Positions 23,914-34,810 of a DNA stretch of 64,000 nucleotides are shown here, one piece after another; within the stretch, counting starts at the first letter, position 1, and each line of letters opens with the position of its first letter. This stretch comes from Azolla caroliniana (Eukaryota > Plantae > Polypodiophyta): contig JBHGNT010000006.1 of the NCBI GenBank assembly GCA_043228905.1, positions 496,001 through 560,000 on the forward strand, given 5' to 3'. A model generated the notes under the pieces. The model searched no databases. It had not been told where the DNA came from and saw only the letters and a list, made by a program, of their open reading frames with translations. Position numbers and translations under genes: made by a program.

Positions 23914-25450
23914 ACCCATGACCACCTGGTGAACCTTACCAACTGAGCTACATCCATATGAGCTCCCTCTCTTTATTCCATAGATATTTCTTACTTCACT
24001 ACATGCCATTGTGGAATGTAGGGATTGAACCCATGACCACCTGGTCTCCATTGGACAAACTTACCAATGTTGTGAAACAGGTCCCTTTAGATGGGAAGAG
24101 TACGAGCCGAATCGGATGGAACTAATGGGCAATTCTTCTAAGGCTGATAAGCTGAGGCCGAAATAAAAAATCAAAATTGAAAATCGATTATGTAACCAAC
24201 TCGGGAGACTATATTTGTAAATAGTCTAAATAAGCCCCATGTGGGCTATATTTGTAAATATCCAGAAAGTTGTATAAGTATATATACAACTAGGGCAAAC
24301 TTTATGTGAGGTGAGAGGATCATTAGGGTAGTTGAATATAGTTGTATAGTTACACTATGGTAGTTGCCTTGGTAATTGAGTGTGAGTGATAGTAGGAGAG
24401 TGAGAATAGAGTTGTAACTCTGTAGTCGTCTGTTGACGAAGAAGAACTCAAGGTCGTTGCCTTCGAGTGCCTTATTGTATATTCCTCCTACCGTATAGTG
24501 ATTTGTTTGGAGTTTGTGGACTCCACATGGTTTTTCCCATTTCGGCTTATGTTTTATCGTGGAAAACCTAAATGGGAAAAACCACGTGGAGTCCACAAAC
24601 TCCAAACAAATCACTATACGGTAGGAGGAATATACAATAAGGCACTCGAAGGCAATGACCTTGAGTTCTTCTTAATGGAGGAACTAACTCAATCGGATCG
24701 AACTGTGGCAGCAATCCAGAATTGAATAGTGGTAGCAATTGAGAGTACAATGGTGACAATGGAGGAGTGAACTCTGTCGGATCGAATAGTGGCAACAATG
24801 TAGAACTGAGTGTCGAATGGCAGCAATGGAGGAGTGAACTCAATAGGAGCGAACAGTGGCAGTAATCTAAGCCTAAATAGTCACAAACTGACGGCCAACG
24901 TGATGTGGCAATAGATCATGCATAATGGACCTAGGAATTTGGTATATAATTTATGGTGCATGTTTATGTTGCACATTTATGGTGCTCATTTATATATTTA
25001 AAACATTCTAATGTTTTCATTCAAGGTGCAAAAATGTAGCTTTTAGCATAGCTAATTAGCTTTTCCACTCCCATGCTTTCACCCTCTTGTGTTCTTGTGT
25101 TTTTTCTTGTTTTCTGTACTTTTGCTTTCTTGTCTATTTGAGCACTATCTTTCTTGATTCTTTGCACCCGAGTATACATACAAGAAACCGGTTGTGGCTG
25201 GTTCCGATCCTAACAACCAACTAAGCTACATCTATCTTATATCTCTCTCTCTCTCTTACTGTAATTAGTTTACCCTAGTGGTAAATCGTTCACCCTTACA
25301 TCTTGGGTTTAAAACCTAAATTTCTCACCTTTCTATTATATACTTCATACAACACTTAATTCACTAGATGCCATTATGGAATGTAGGGGTTGAACCCATG
25401 ACCACCTGGTCTCCATTGGGCAACCTTACCAACTAAGCTACATCCATCTA

Positions 25451-25496
<46 letters not shown>

Positions 25497-25550
25497 GCCA
25501 TAGATATCTCTTACTTCACTAGATGCTCTTGTGGAATGTAGGGGTTGAAC
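23914..25550 (-). repeat. Tandem minus-strand copies of the same tRNA-derived unit, interrupted by solo LTR 24068-25215; last copy continues at 41773-41857
   Basis: Repeated ggaatgtagggg/attgaacccatgaccacctggtctccattgg...cttaccaact(g/a)agctacatcc separated by (CT)n. Confidence 0.8.
24068..25215 (+). mobile_element. Rearranged Copia solo LTR (related to 38529-39080) with internal inverted duplication and filler
   Basis: TGTTG...CCTAACA termini, perfect TSD accaa; about twice the normal LTR length. Confidence 0.85.
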
Positions 25551-26570
25551 ACGTCGTCGACCATTACTTCAAGTGGATGGTCAACTTGGTGATGATGCCG
25601 ATGGGGGTGGGGCAAATGAGGTACCTGGTGTTGGCGAGAGAAGACCTGACGAAGCGGGTGCAGGGCCGGGCCTTAACGAACAAAACGATTGCCACGGTTT
25701 ACAGGTTCCTGATTGAGGATGTCATCTTCTGATACGAGTGCGTGGAAAAATCGTGGTTGATCATGGGGAGCTAGACGCGCTGGAAGCGGAGGAGTTCTTC
25801 GATCGACTAGGGGTCAAGCTCTCCCTCACAACGACGTACAATCCGAAAGGAAACGGGAAGGTCGAGAGAGGGCACATGCCGATTGTGAAATGGCTAGTCC
25901 TAGCATTCGACAGATGGGATCAGGAACTGGTCAAGGCTTCTTCCTTACGCTTTATGGGTTGATCGAACCACGCACAGTTTAGTGACTGGGTACACGCCGT
26001 CCGAACTCATGTTTGGGCAAAAGTCGATCATGCCTGTGGAGTGAACAATCTCTTCGTAGATAGTGTTATTCCTTAGGGTTGGACAATGGCCTAACATAGG
26101 GTGTCTACGGAAGACACTTCACCGAAGGGGTGTTACGGCGAGATAACTTAAGACACAACGATTAAGCAGACTCAATTGGTTACTTAAGCAATACGGCATT
26201 AACTCAATACTTAAGATATAACAATTAATACAGAACGGTAATCAATACGTGAAGATAAAACAAGAAGCTTATATTAATTCTCCGTTAAAGTTTTACATTG
26301 TAACCGGGCCTTTATATAGGTCACCGGTACTACGTACAAAACGGTGCCAACCAGCACCTATTCGGAACCGGTCCGGATCCGGATCGGCATACCGATTCCA
26401 GTCCGTCCATTCACTACTTAATTATAATCTATTCTACTTAATTAAAATAGATTCTGAATAGCAATCCCCTTCACATTATGGTCTTTAACTCCTTTGCCGG
26501 CCGGGTAACACATGGCACGCCCGTGGGACAGTACCTTGTACGTCGAATCCCACTATCCAGCCCTTAGCCG

Positions 26571-29552
26571 TCATCCAAGATATCCAAAATACTCTGCTCC
26601 AGGGTGTCCAATGGTTCTTCGGAACTCTATTGTTGCTACTGTGGTTGTGGTTGTTGTTGATGTTGTTGTTGTTGTGGTTGTGGTTGTTGTTGCGTTTGAT
26701 CGGCTCCCGATACTGGCGGTTGTGGCGGTACTTCCTCCGTCAGCTGCTCTGTCGGAATTGACTCCGATTGACTCGTCCCGGTCTCCGTCCGGTCCTTGCC
26801 CCGACGATGGCTCCTCATCGTTGAGGTTGACGGTCGCTGCCTGCTTTGCTTCTTCTCTCCATAGCCTGGTCCGCTCATAGCTTTCAAACTAGATTTGAGC
26901 ATCCAGTCGATCATCGTCCAGTTGTGCTACCAGTTGCTAGACCACTGTTGCTTGTTCCTCCGCTAGAGTTACAAAATCTTCTGCTAACTCATCTCTTACG
27001 GCGGTGAAGTCCTCCTTTGTTAGCATGTCGGAGTCGTCGCCATCCTTCTGCCGGTTTTCCGCGTCCGCCCTTAGCAACTGGAGCTCGACTGTGTGCTTTG
27101 CCCATTTGTCCCACCATTGCGTGGAGCTTTCGTCAACCAAGCATTTGTTCTTGTTCCTCCATGCTTGGACAATGAACTGGATCCGCTCAAGTCCCATGTT
27201 TGATTTGTCCTCCGTGGCTTGCCGTTCGTCCTTCAATTGCTTGATCAACGCCACTGTATCTACCTCCTGCTCCCGGTAATGTGACAATTGGTTTTGATAG
27301 GTGTTCTGCAACCTCTGCAATACCATTGTCGCTCTTTCCTTCTCTTCATAATGCTGCTTATGGAGCTCCATACGTTCTTGCGCGGCATCCTCCAACATCG
27401 TGGTTCTTTCAGCCCGTTCCTCCGTTAGCGCCGTCTCAGCTCGATGCACTTCCTGCCAGAGCTTTGCCATCTTCTCCTGCTGTTTCTTGTGCTCCGTATC
27501 CAGGTGCTTGTAGTCCCAGTGCAGGTGCTCAAAATCCTCAGTCTTCTGCTTCAGCTTTTGGTTGAGTTGTCGGCGAGCGCGGTGTTCCCAATCCTTCTGT
27601 TGACGGAGTTCTTCTTTAAGTCTTTCGATCTCTATTTCCGCCATCCGTCGCAACTTCTCCTTTTCTTGCAGCACCTTCTCTTTCTCCTCCTTCAGCCGGT
27701 CATATGCATGATGTCCTTTCCGCAGGTTCTCTTCTGCCCGACGGAGGTTCTCAACAGTCTTTCTTTGTTCTTCTTCTGCCGCTTTCTTCAAGTCCCGCTC
27801 TCGAGTGCGTAATGCTTCTTGTGCGGCCAGTTCATCTCTTAATTCAGCAAGCTCTTTTGCTTGCGTTGCCACTATCTCCGAGACTGGTTCCGTCTTCGGG
27901 GTCTTATTGCTATGTACAGGTGTCGGTGTTTCTTTATTCTGTACATCTACCGGAGTCACCGGTGCTTGGAGTTGTGGTCCGGTTAAGGCGATTTTGGCCA
28001 ATTCTTCTGTGGCCAGGTCCAAGTCTTGTTCTAAGCTCTGAATCCTTGACCGGGCCGTCTCTAGTTCTCCAATTGTGACGAGCAACCGATCCATCTGCGC
28101 TTTCTCTTCCACCTCTATGTAGTGTACCACTCCGACAATCTGTTCTCCAATCCACCGGAGCCATTGGCTGCCGGTGCCCTGTTGTTGCGTCTGCCCGGAG
28201 GGTTGGCTGTTGGTGTCGCTTGCCAGTGGTCGGTTTTGTCCGGTTGCGTCGAGCTGCAACTCTAGCTCTTGTTGGTGACCACTTTGTCGTTCATGTTCTG
28301 GTTGTGGCTCCGTTGGCCGTTCCGTCTTTGGATGTTCTTGGCCTATCGGTGGGGTAGGCAACTATACTTCCGGCGCTTGCATTTTAGGTCTTGCCATATC
28401 TTGACCCGCCGATAGAGGTCGTTGTGCAGGGAGCTCTGTGACCAGTTCTGTCCGAACCGGTTCCGATTCCATCCTTGGTGCGGGCTGCTCAGTGCGGGGT
28501 ACAGGCGTTCCATCCTTCTTTGGGTCCGAACGCTCCCCGGCCTGTTCGGAGGTGCTTGCCTTTTGGCGCCGCTGGAGGTGCTCTAACAATTCCTCCTCCG
28601 CTTCCTCCTCTTGAGTCCCGATGTTGATTTTCGCTGCCAAGGGGTCCGGCGCTTGTTGAACCGGTCGGTGAAGTCTGATCTTGATTGGCCGTGCCGGTGG
28701 CTCCTCCTGCATTTTCGCCTGCCACTTCCTATTGGCGCACTCCTTTGCCGCTTGGTCCGTGTCGGCCGCCTTCCCTTTGGTTGCCTTAGAGGCCAACAAC
28801 TATTGCCGTTTCGAGGCCGTTTTTGGGGTGCCTTCGGTTGTTCTTCCCCGCTTTGTGGTCTTGACGGGCTCGATAGGTGGCACCAATAGGGTGAGCCATT
28901 GCGCCACTGCCATCCATATCTTGTGACCCTCCTTGCCTCTGACAGAGTCGATGGCCGCACAGAGGCCATCCGCAATCAGTACCGGCCAGTCCACCTTCAC
29001 GCCTTCATATGTTGCTATGATTAAGTCGGCCCGGTTCTGAGGCATGCACGGGGGTCGAGGGTATACATGTCCAAATTCATGGAGCACACGGGCAATCTCT
29101 CGAAATAGTGGATCTTCGTCGCCTTGTGTCCGGTAGGCCTTGCTGGCCAGAGAGTATTCCCCAAAATATTTTCGGAGCTGCTCTGGGGTAGGGTTGTCGA
29201 TAGTGAAGATGCCCCCTTCCGGAAGGCCAATCAAAGCATGGATGGCCTCCTCCGTGATCAGCTCCATGTCAATTTCCTTGACTATCTTCTCCGCCTCCCG
29301 ATGTGGTGGCGCCTCCATGATTGTGAGGAGACCTTCTAACCCGTGCTGCCTTAGCCACTTCTTGGCTGCTTCAGAGAGTGCTTGGCAGTCCATGGCTTCT
29401 TCGAGGTCGGTGAGCGCTGGTGAGGGGTGCATTTGAGGAGGCTCTGTGTGCGTGGGCTCACATTTGATGATCTTCAATCGCATGTGCTCGTTTGTGCTCC
29501 TCTGTTCGCGAAATGTGAAGGCTTCTAGGCGGTGGGAGTTTTCTTGCTGCAT
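26571..29552 (-). pseudogene. Extra 3' ORF of Gypsy G (~993 codons, 4 in-frame stops), long coiled coil
   Basis: ORF-track pieces 28800-29552, 28362-28799 and 26937-28361 are contiguous in one frame. The frame continues past TAG codons to TGA at 26573-26571. Confidence 0.75.
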
Positions 29553-29778
29553 GTTGGCGCCTTTTTTCTGACTCGCGCGTGTGCACGTCGTGTACTAAAA
29601 TAGAATGACGTGCCATGTGGCGGTGGTTTAATATCCTATTAATAGCCCACTACGTACCTTTTCAAAGTAAGTGCCTAATCATTCCTTGTTCTTGCATGTG
29701 TCCGTTCACCCCTCGCCCTTGCATGATTTACTTTGATTCGATTCGATTTATTTATTTTTGTTTGCACAAATGTTTTGG

Positions 29779-31345
29779 TTAATTCGCATCTGGTCCCACT
29801 GGACCCCTATCCGGATTGTGGGACTTGCCGGCCGCTGGACTGCTTGCCGTCACGTTGTTCTTGCCATTTGCCGGCTCGTGCTCCCTCTTATCGGCTTCGC
29901 CCTTACCGATTGCTAAACGTGTTGCCGTCTCTTCTGACATACCGGTGTCCGGTTCTATGTCAGCCTTTACTTGTTCAAATGGGTTTCTTGGCATGGGTCC
30001 ATTGTATGGTTTGAGTCGGAACCCATTGACCCATTTACCCAAAACCTTGCCGGCGAGTGTCCCTAACTGGTAGGAACCGTTGAACTCATGCGTAATCCAA
30101 TATGGTCCGGTCCACCGAAACCGTAGCTTCCCCGACATCTTACCCATCCGGGTCTGGAATACTAGTACCGGCTTACCGATTCCGAACATCTTTTCATTCC
30201 CTTTCCGGTGACGATCCACGAACGCTTTCCTTCGCCGTTGCTCTAGTTCTAGGTGCATGATGCTGGCTAGCCGGTGTTCTTCCAATTCGCATAACGCGGC
30301 TAACCGGATAGCTTCCGATTCCTTCTCATTTAGGCGTTCCCGAATCTGTATTCGTAAACTCGGTACCTGGACTCTACCGGCATCACTGCTTCCAATCCGA
30401 ATGCTAGGCGAAACAGTGTTGTGCGGATACTTGTCTTATATGCCGTTCGGTAGGCCCAGAGTGCACTATGTAGCTTTGTATCCCAATCCGTTTGGTTCTC
30501 ATTGACGATTTTTTGCAGGATGTTCTGTATTGTTTTATTTGTTAACTTAGCTAATCTGTTGGCTTGCGGATAATAGGGAGTGCTCCGTTTGTGCACCACC
30601 GCATAAAATGTCGTCAAACTTGCCACTACTTGCCTTACGAAGTGCCCACCTTGGTCACTTATTAGCTCTATCGGACATCGATACCGGCACCAGATGTTTT
30701 CATATAAAAATTTTGCCGTGGATGCCGCGGTGTTGTCGCGTAGTGCTTTGGCTTCCACCCATTTTGTACAATAATTCGTAGCAACAATTACGTACCAGTT
30801 GCCGGTTCTCATTGCTGGTGGTTTGAATGGACCGACAAAATCCAGCCCCCATTTCTGAAATGGTTCTAAAGGTAGCACAGGCTGGTGAGGCATTCAAGCT
30901 TGTTCGGTTGGTTGGCCCATTCGCTAACATAGGTCACATTCTTTAGCGTACCGAACTGCATCCTTCAATGTTGTCGGCCACCATAGTCCACTCTGCCATA
31001 TTTTCTTTGCCGTAGCATCTCCGACATAATGTCCTCTAGCCACTCCGAGTGTGCTTCGCGCAATATTATTTCCTTTTCGTCGCTGCGCACTGCACGCTGC
31101 CATATGCCATCTACGCCTTTGTGGTACAGTGTGTCCTGTAATAGACAGAAGTGCCGGCTTTGAACCGCTAAGCGTTTCCTTTCGTCTTTGTTCATCTCCT
31201 CCGGAGGTAAACCGGTGCTCAGAAATTGGTGCATGTTGGTGAGCCACTTGTCTTCCTTTGCGACCGTACCATCCGTTGCCGTTTCTGCTGTAACTCTAAA
31301 CAACTTTGCATCCGGAAAGTCGTCTAGGATGCCGTCACCGGTTTT
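29779..31345 (-). pseudogene. Gypsy G integrase (H2C2 zinc finger, DDE core, GPY/F module), frameshifted
   Basis: EAH...GHY...IWQSGLWWPT...CDLC; PFQKWGLDFVGP; KLRFRWTGPY. Confidence 0.85.
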
Positions 31346-32735
31346 GGTCCGGTTGGCTGCTTGGAGCGCCCTTTTCCGATTCCCGTGAATGACCCCCCTT
31401 TTTGTTGAAATGACATTTCTTATGGAAATTCTTTTTGTTGCGGTAACCTTGTCGGGGTTGGTCGTCATACTTGCCATAGTCGTCCCATCGTTGGTTGTAA
31501 CCAGGGGAGTGATCCCGGTTGTATCTCTCATACTGTCCATTATAGTCTCGGCATCTATCATGTCTGTCATACCGGTCATAAGCGTCTCTTCGATCGCTAT
31601 ACCGGACATCTTGTGCCGGCCAGTAGCGCTCCTCTCGCCGCCAGCATTCTTCTTCTTCCTCCTGGTTGCTTCGTGGTTCAATTTGCCGGACCGGTGGTGC
31701 TTGCCGATTTAACAAGTTATACTCACACCGTTACATTGTGTGACTTCTGGAGTGGCAGAGCAAGCATTGGGAACGCATGGTGCATTCCAGCGCCGAATGT
31801 CCGGTATTCAGGCATGTCGTACATTGAATTGCTTGCCAGAAACGGAGGTCCTCCTCTGTCGGTAGTGCACGCTGAAGTGCACCCATGGTTAGCCATGAAC
31901 TTGAGTTTTCCATTTCCCGAACTCTGTCGATCACTTGATCTATGCTACTGGTTCGGAAATCAATAACGGTGCACACCGTTCGTAAGGGTTCCCGGAGTGC
32001 TGCTAAGAATATGGCCTTTGTTTCTTCCTCTGGTGGTGTCCAGTTGAGCTGATTGTGGATCTGCTGGAACCGGATGACAAACTGTTGAATGTTCTCCATT
32101 GGTTCTTGCCGGATACTGTAAAATAAGCCTACCATTTCCTGTTGGTCCATCTCCTTGTGAAAGAAATGCAAGAATTTTGTTTTTAATGTTTCAAACGTGG
32201 GGATGGTGCTGGGATCTTGTGTTCGGTGCCATCTGGCGGCCAGTCCCTCCAAGGTCATGCCGAACTCTGCCCTTTTTGAGCATTCCTCTTCGGTTTCATT
32301 TAAGCATTGGGACACATGGTTTGCCTCCCAGGTCTGTTGAAACGCGTGGATGTGGGCTTCCGCGTCCGGATCATCCCGGTATCTGGGATATTGGAACGGC
32401 ATATCGTCGTCTGGTGTCGGTACACGAGTTGGTGGTGTCGGTGGTCTGTCCCGCTCCTCTGTCGGTGTTGGAGGCCTCTCCTCCGCGACTTCCGGTGTCA
32501 GAGGCCTCTCGTCCTCGACTTCTGGTTCTGGTTCTGGAGTGTGCTCGACTTCTGGTGCTGGAGGTTCCAACGTTGTCAATTCTGGTTCCGGTGTCGGCAA
32601 CGTATCCGACTCCTCATCCTCCGGTCCGTCTGGGGTGTCGTTACTACTGAGGTAGTTCGTCTGCGCGCTATATTCCCCATCCGAACCCGATTCAAATGCC
32701 AAAAATGCTTCGGATTCGCCTTCGCCCGCTGCCAA
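31335..32735 (-). pseudogene. Gypsy G gag
   Basis: Retrotransposon-gag-like core and CCHC knuckle, followed by a low-complexity D/R/Y tail joined directly to the pre-integrase region. Confidence 0.8.
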
Positions 32736-34810
32736 TGCCTAGAGAAGGGATTCCGCTTCCCGAAGGCTACTTAGGCTGCTTCCTTCGTCCGGGTAGTCAT
32801 TTTGTTGTAAACGAAGTGACTCCTTGGCCACTCTCCGGATCACTTTGGAAAATGAGCGATGAGCTCTGATTTCTTCTGCCGCTTGCTGGAAAGCCTCTTG
32901 CTTCCTCAGCCGTTCAGCAAGTCTCCTTGCTCGCTTCGTAACTGGGTCATTCGTTGGTCGCGTCATCCATTCCCACCGTTGTTCGTTGCGATTGTGCAGG
33001 AATCGTGGTCGCCAAAAACTGTGTTATTCCTTAGGGCCGGACAATGGCCTAACACAGGGTGTCTACGGAAGACACTTCACCAAAGGGGTGTTACGACGAG
33101 ATAACTTAAGACACAACGATTAAGCAGACTCAATTGGTTACTTAAGCAATACGGCATTAACTCAATACACGTGTAAGATATAACAATTAATACAGAACGA
33201 TAATCAATACGTGAAGATAAAACAAGAAGCTTATATTAATTCTCCGTTAAAGTTTTACATTGTAATCGGGCCTTTATATAGGTCACCGGTGCTGTGTACA
33301 AAACGGTGCCAACCGGCACCTATTCGGAACCGATCCGGATCCGGATCGGCATACCGATTCCGGTCTGTCCGTTCACTACTTAATTATAATCTATTCCACT
33401 TAATTAAAATAGATTCCAAATAGCAATCCCTTTCACATTCTGGTCTTTAACTCCTTTGTCGGCCGGGTAACAGATAGCGATCGACTGGACGGAGGAAATG
33501 AACCGAGAGGTGCTATTGGCGGTACAGATTCGACAACTCAAGTGAAGACCGGAAGATATTGGGCGAGCGATGGCGAGGCTAGAGGAGGCACGGAGGAAGA
33601 AATAGGGTCGATTCGATCGGACACACCAGCTCCAGCTGAAGAAGATTGAGGAAGGCAACTGGCTGCTGGTCTACGATAGCAGACTCGACAACCAACACCA
33701 ATCAGCCCGAAAATTTGTGAGATGGGGGTTTGGGCCTTACATGGTGACAAGCGTGAAAGACAATGCAACGTATCACCTGGAGGAGCTCGACGAACAAGGA
33801 TCGTGGTACCGGTTGCGAGGAAATAGATCAAGGCCTTCAAGAAAAAACACAAAGCGGAATTGGATCCGGAGATCGACGACAGAAGCGCCGATGAGGGCGA
33901 GGAGTCGGATGAGGACCGGACAAGCAACGGACTGGGAGAGAACGAGTGAAGACCTGGCCGGAATCACCACCGCTTCACTACTTGGCACATGTCGGAGGAT
34001 GTGCGGTTTGGTGGAGGTGGATGTCGTGAAGAATTCCGGCCATATGAAGAAAGAGGCGTGGATAGGCATGTGAACGAGGGTGTGCAAGTAGGCACAGAAC
34101 ACAAGGACTGACATACAAGAAATGTAAATATGTGTTAAATATTTAAAGTGCTAGGTAGAGTAGTTAATGGGTACTTTATGACCCACACGTACAGAGAATA
34201 AGAGTAAGTTTAGATGGAAGGGCTACCATTTAATTGTGATGTAACGGCCTCCCCTTTGTGCTATAATAGGGGAGGTTTGAGACTGTTTTGGGGATCGATT
34301 GGAGAAGGAAGTGTTGTCGGTTTCAGTGTCGAGCTCTATTGTTCCCTCTGTTTGTATTCTATGTGGTTTTACAGAAGAAGGAAGAGGCCTCTGCTCACGT
34401 AGGAAGCCCGTGTGCTCTCGACCAAACGTCCCTCATTCTGCATGTGTGTGAGTAGAGCTCGAGGCTCTCTTGGCGGTTGTGTCTAGTTGTAATCTTTCCT
34501 ACTTTTCCTCTGTTAATCATTATTTTGCCGATTTTATCCTTGTGTTCAAGCATTCCCTCATTGTCTCTGTTCGTCCCGGGTTCGTTGTGCCTGAGCCCGT
34601 GTGCTCGTTTGTTGAGCTCTTGCAGCTAATCCGGAGCGGTATACGTCTCTGAGCCTGTGCACTCACCATATTGCATCCGAAAACTGATCCAGACCAGAAA
34701 CTTGTCCAGAGATGATCCGGCAAAGTTTTCCGAAACCTGACCCAAACATCCTTCCTTCTCCCTTTCTCATTCCTGCTTACCGGCTCCTTCGTCCAAGACC
34801 CCGGTGGCTA

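Larger units (their letters stand above)
26064..33472 (-). mobile_element. Ty3/Gypsy element (non-chromovirus-like, family G) with both LTRs (33022-33472, 26064-26510), lacking PR-RT-RH
   Basis: Highly similar ~450-bp LTRs, perfect TSD gatag, PBS tggcgaccac (tRNA-Arg-like). Gag with CTTCLNTGHSALEC; integrase WGLDFVGP / SDQG / YYPQAN / WTGPY. Confidence 0.92.
25551..34810 (+). mobile_element. 3' part of Gypsy family F: integrase (25551-26063 and 33473-~33950), PPT, 3' LTR 34022-~34810 (U5-truncated)
   Basis: RYLVLAREDLT...GRAL, KIVVDHGE, YNPKGNGKVERGH, FGPY motifs read through the 26064-33472 insertion; PPT tttggtggaggtgga abuts TGTCGTGAAG. Confidence 0.8.

Noticed and set aside
24246-24725. 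Two opposite-strand ORFs with near-identical peptides
   Set aside because: Artefact of the inverted repeat.
24674-24865. CRISPR-like array
   Set aside because: Degenerate repeats without unique spacers, eukaryotic LTR context, no cas genes.
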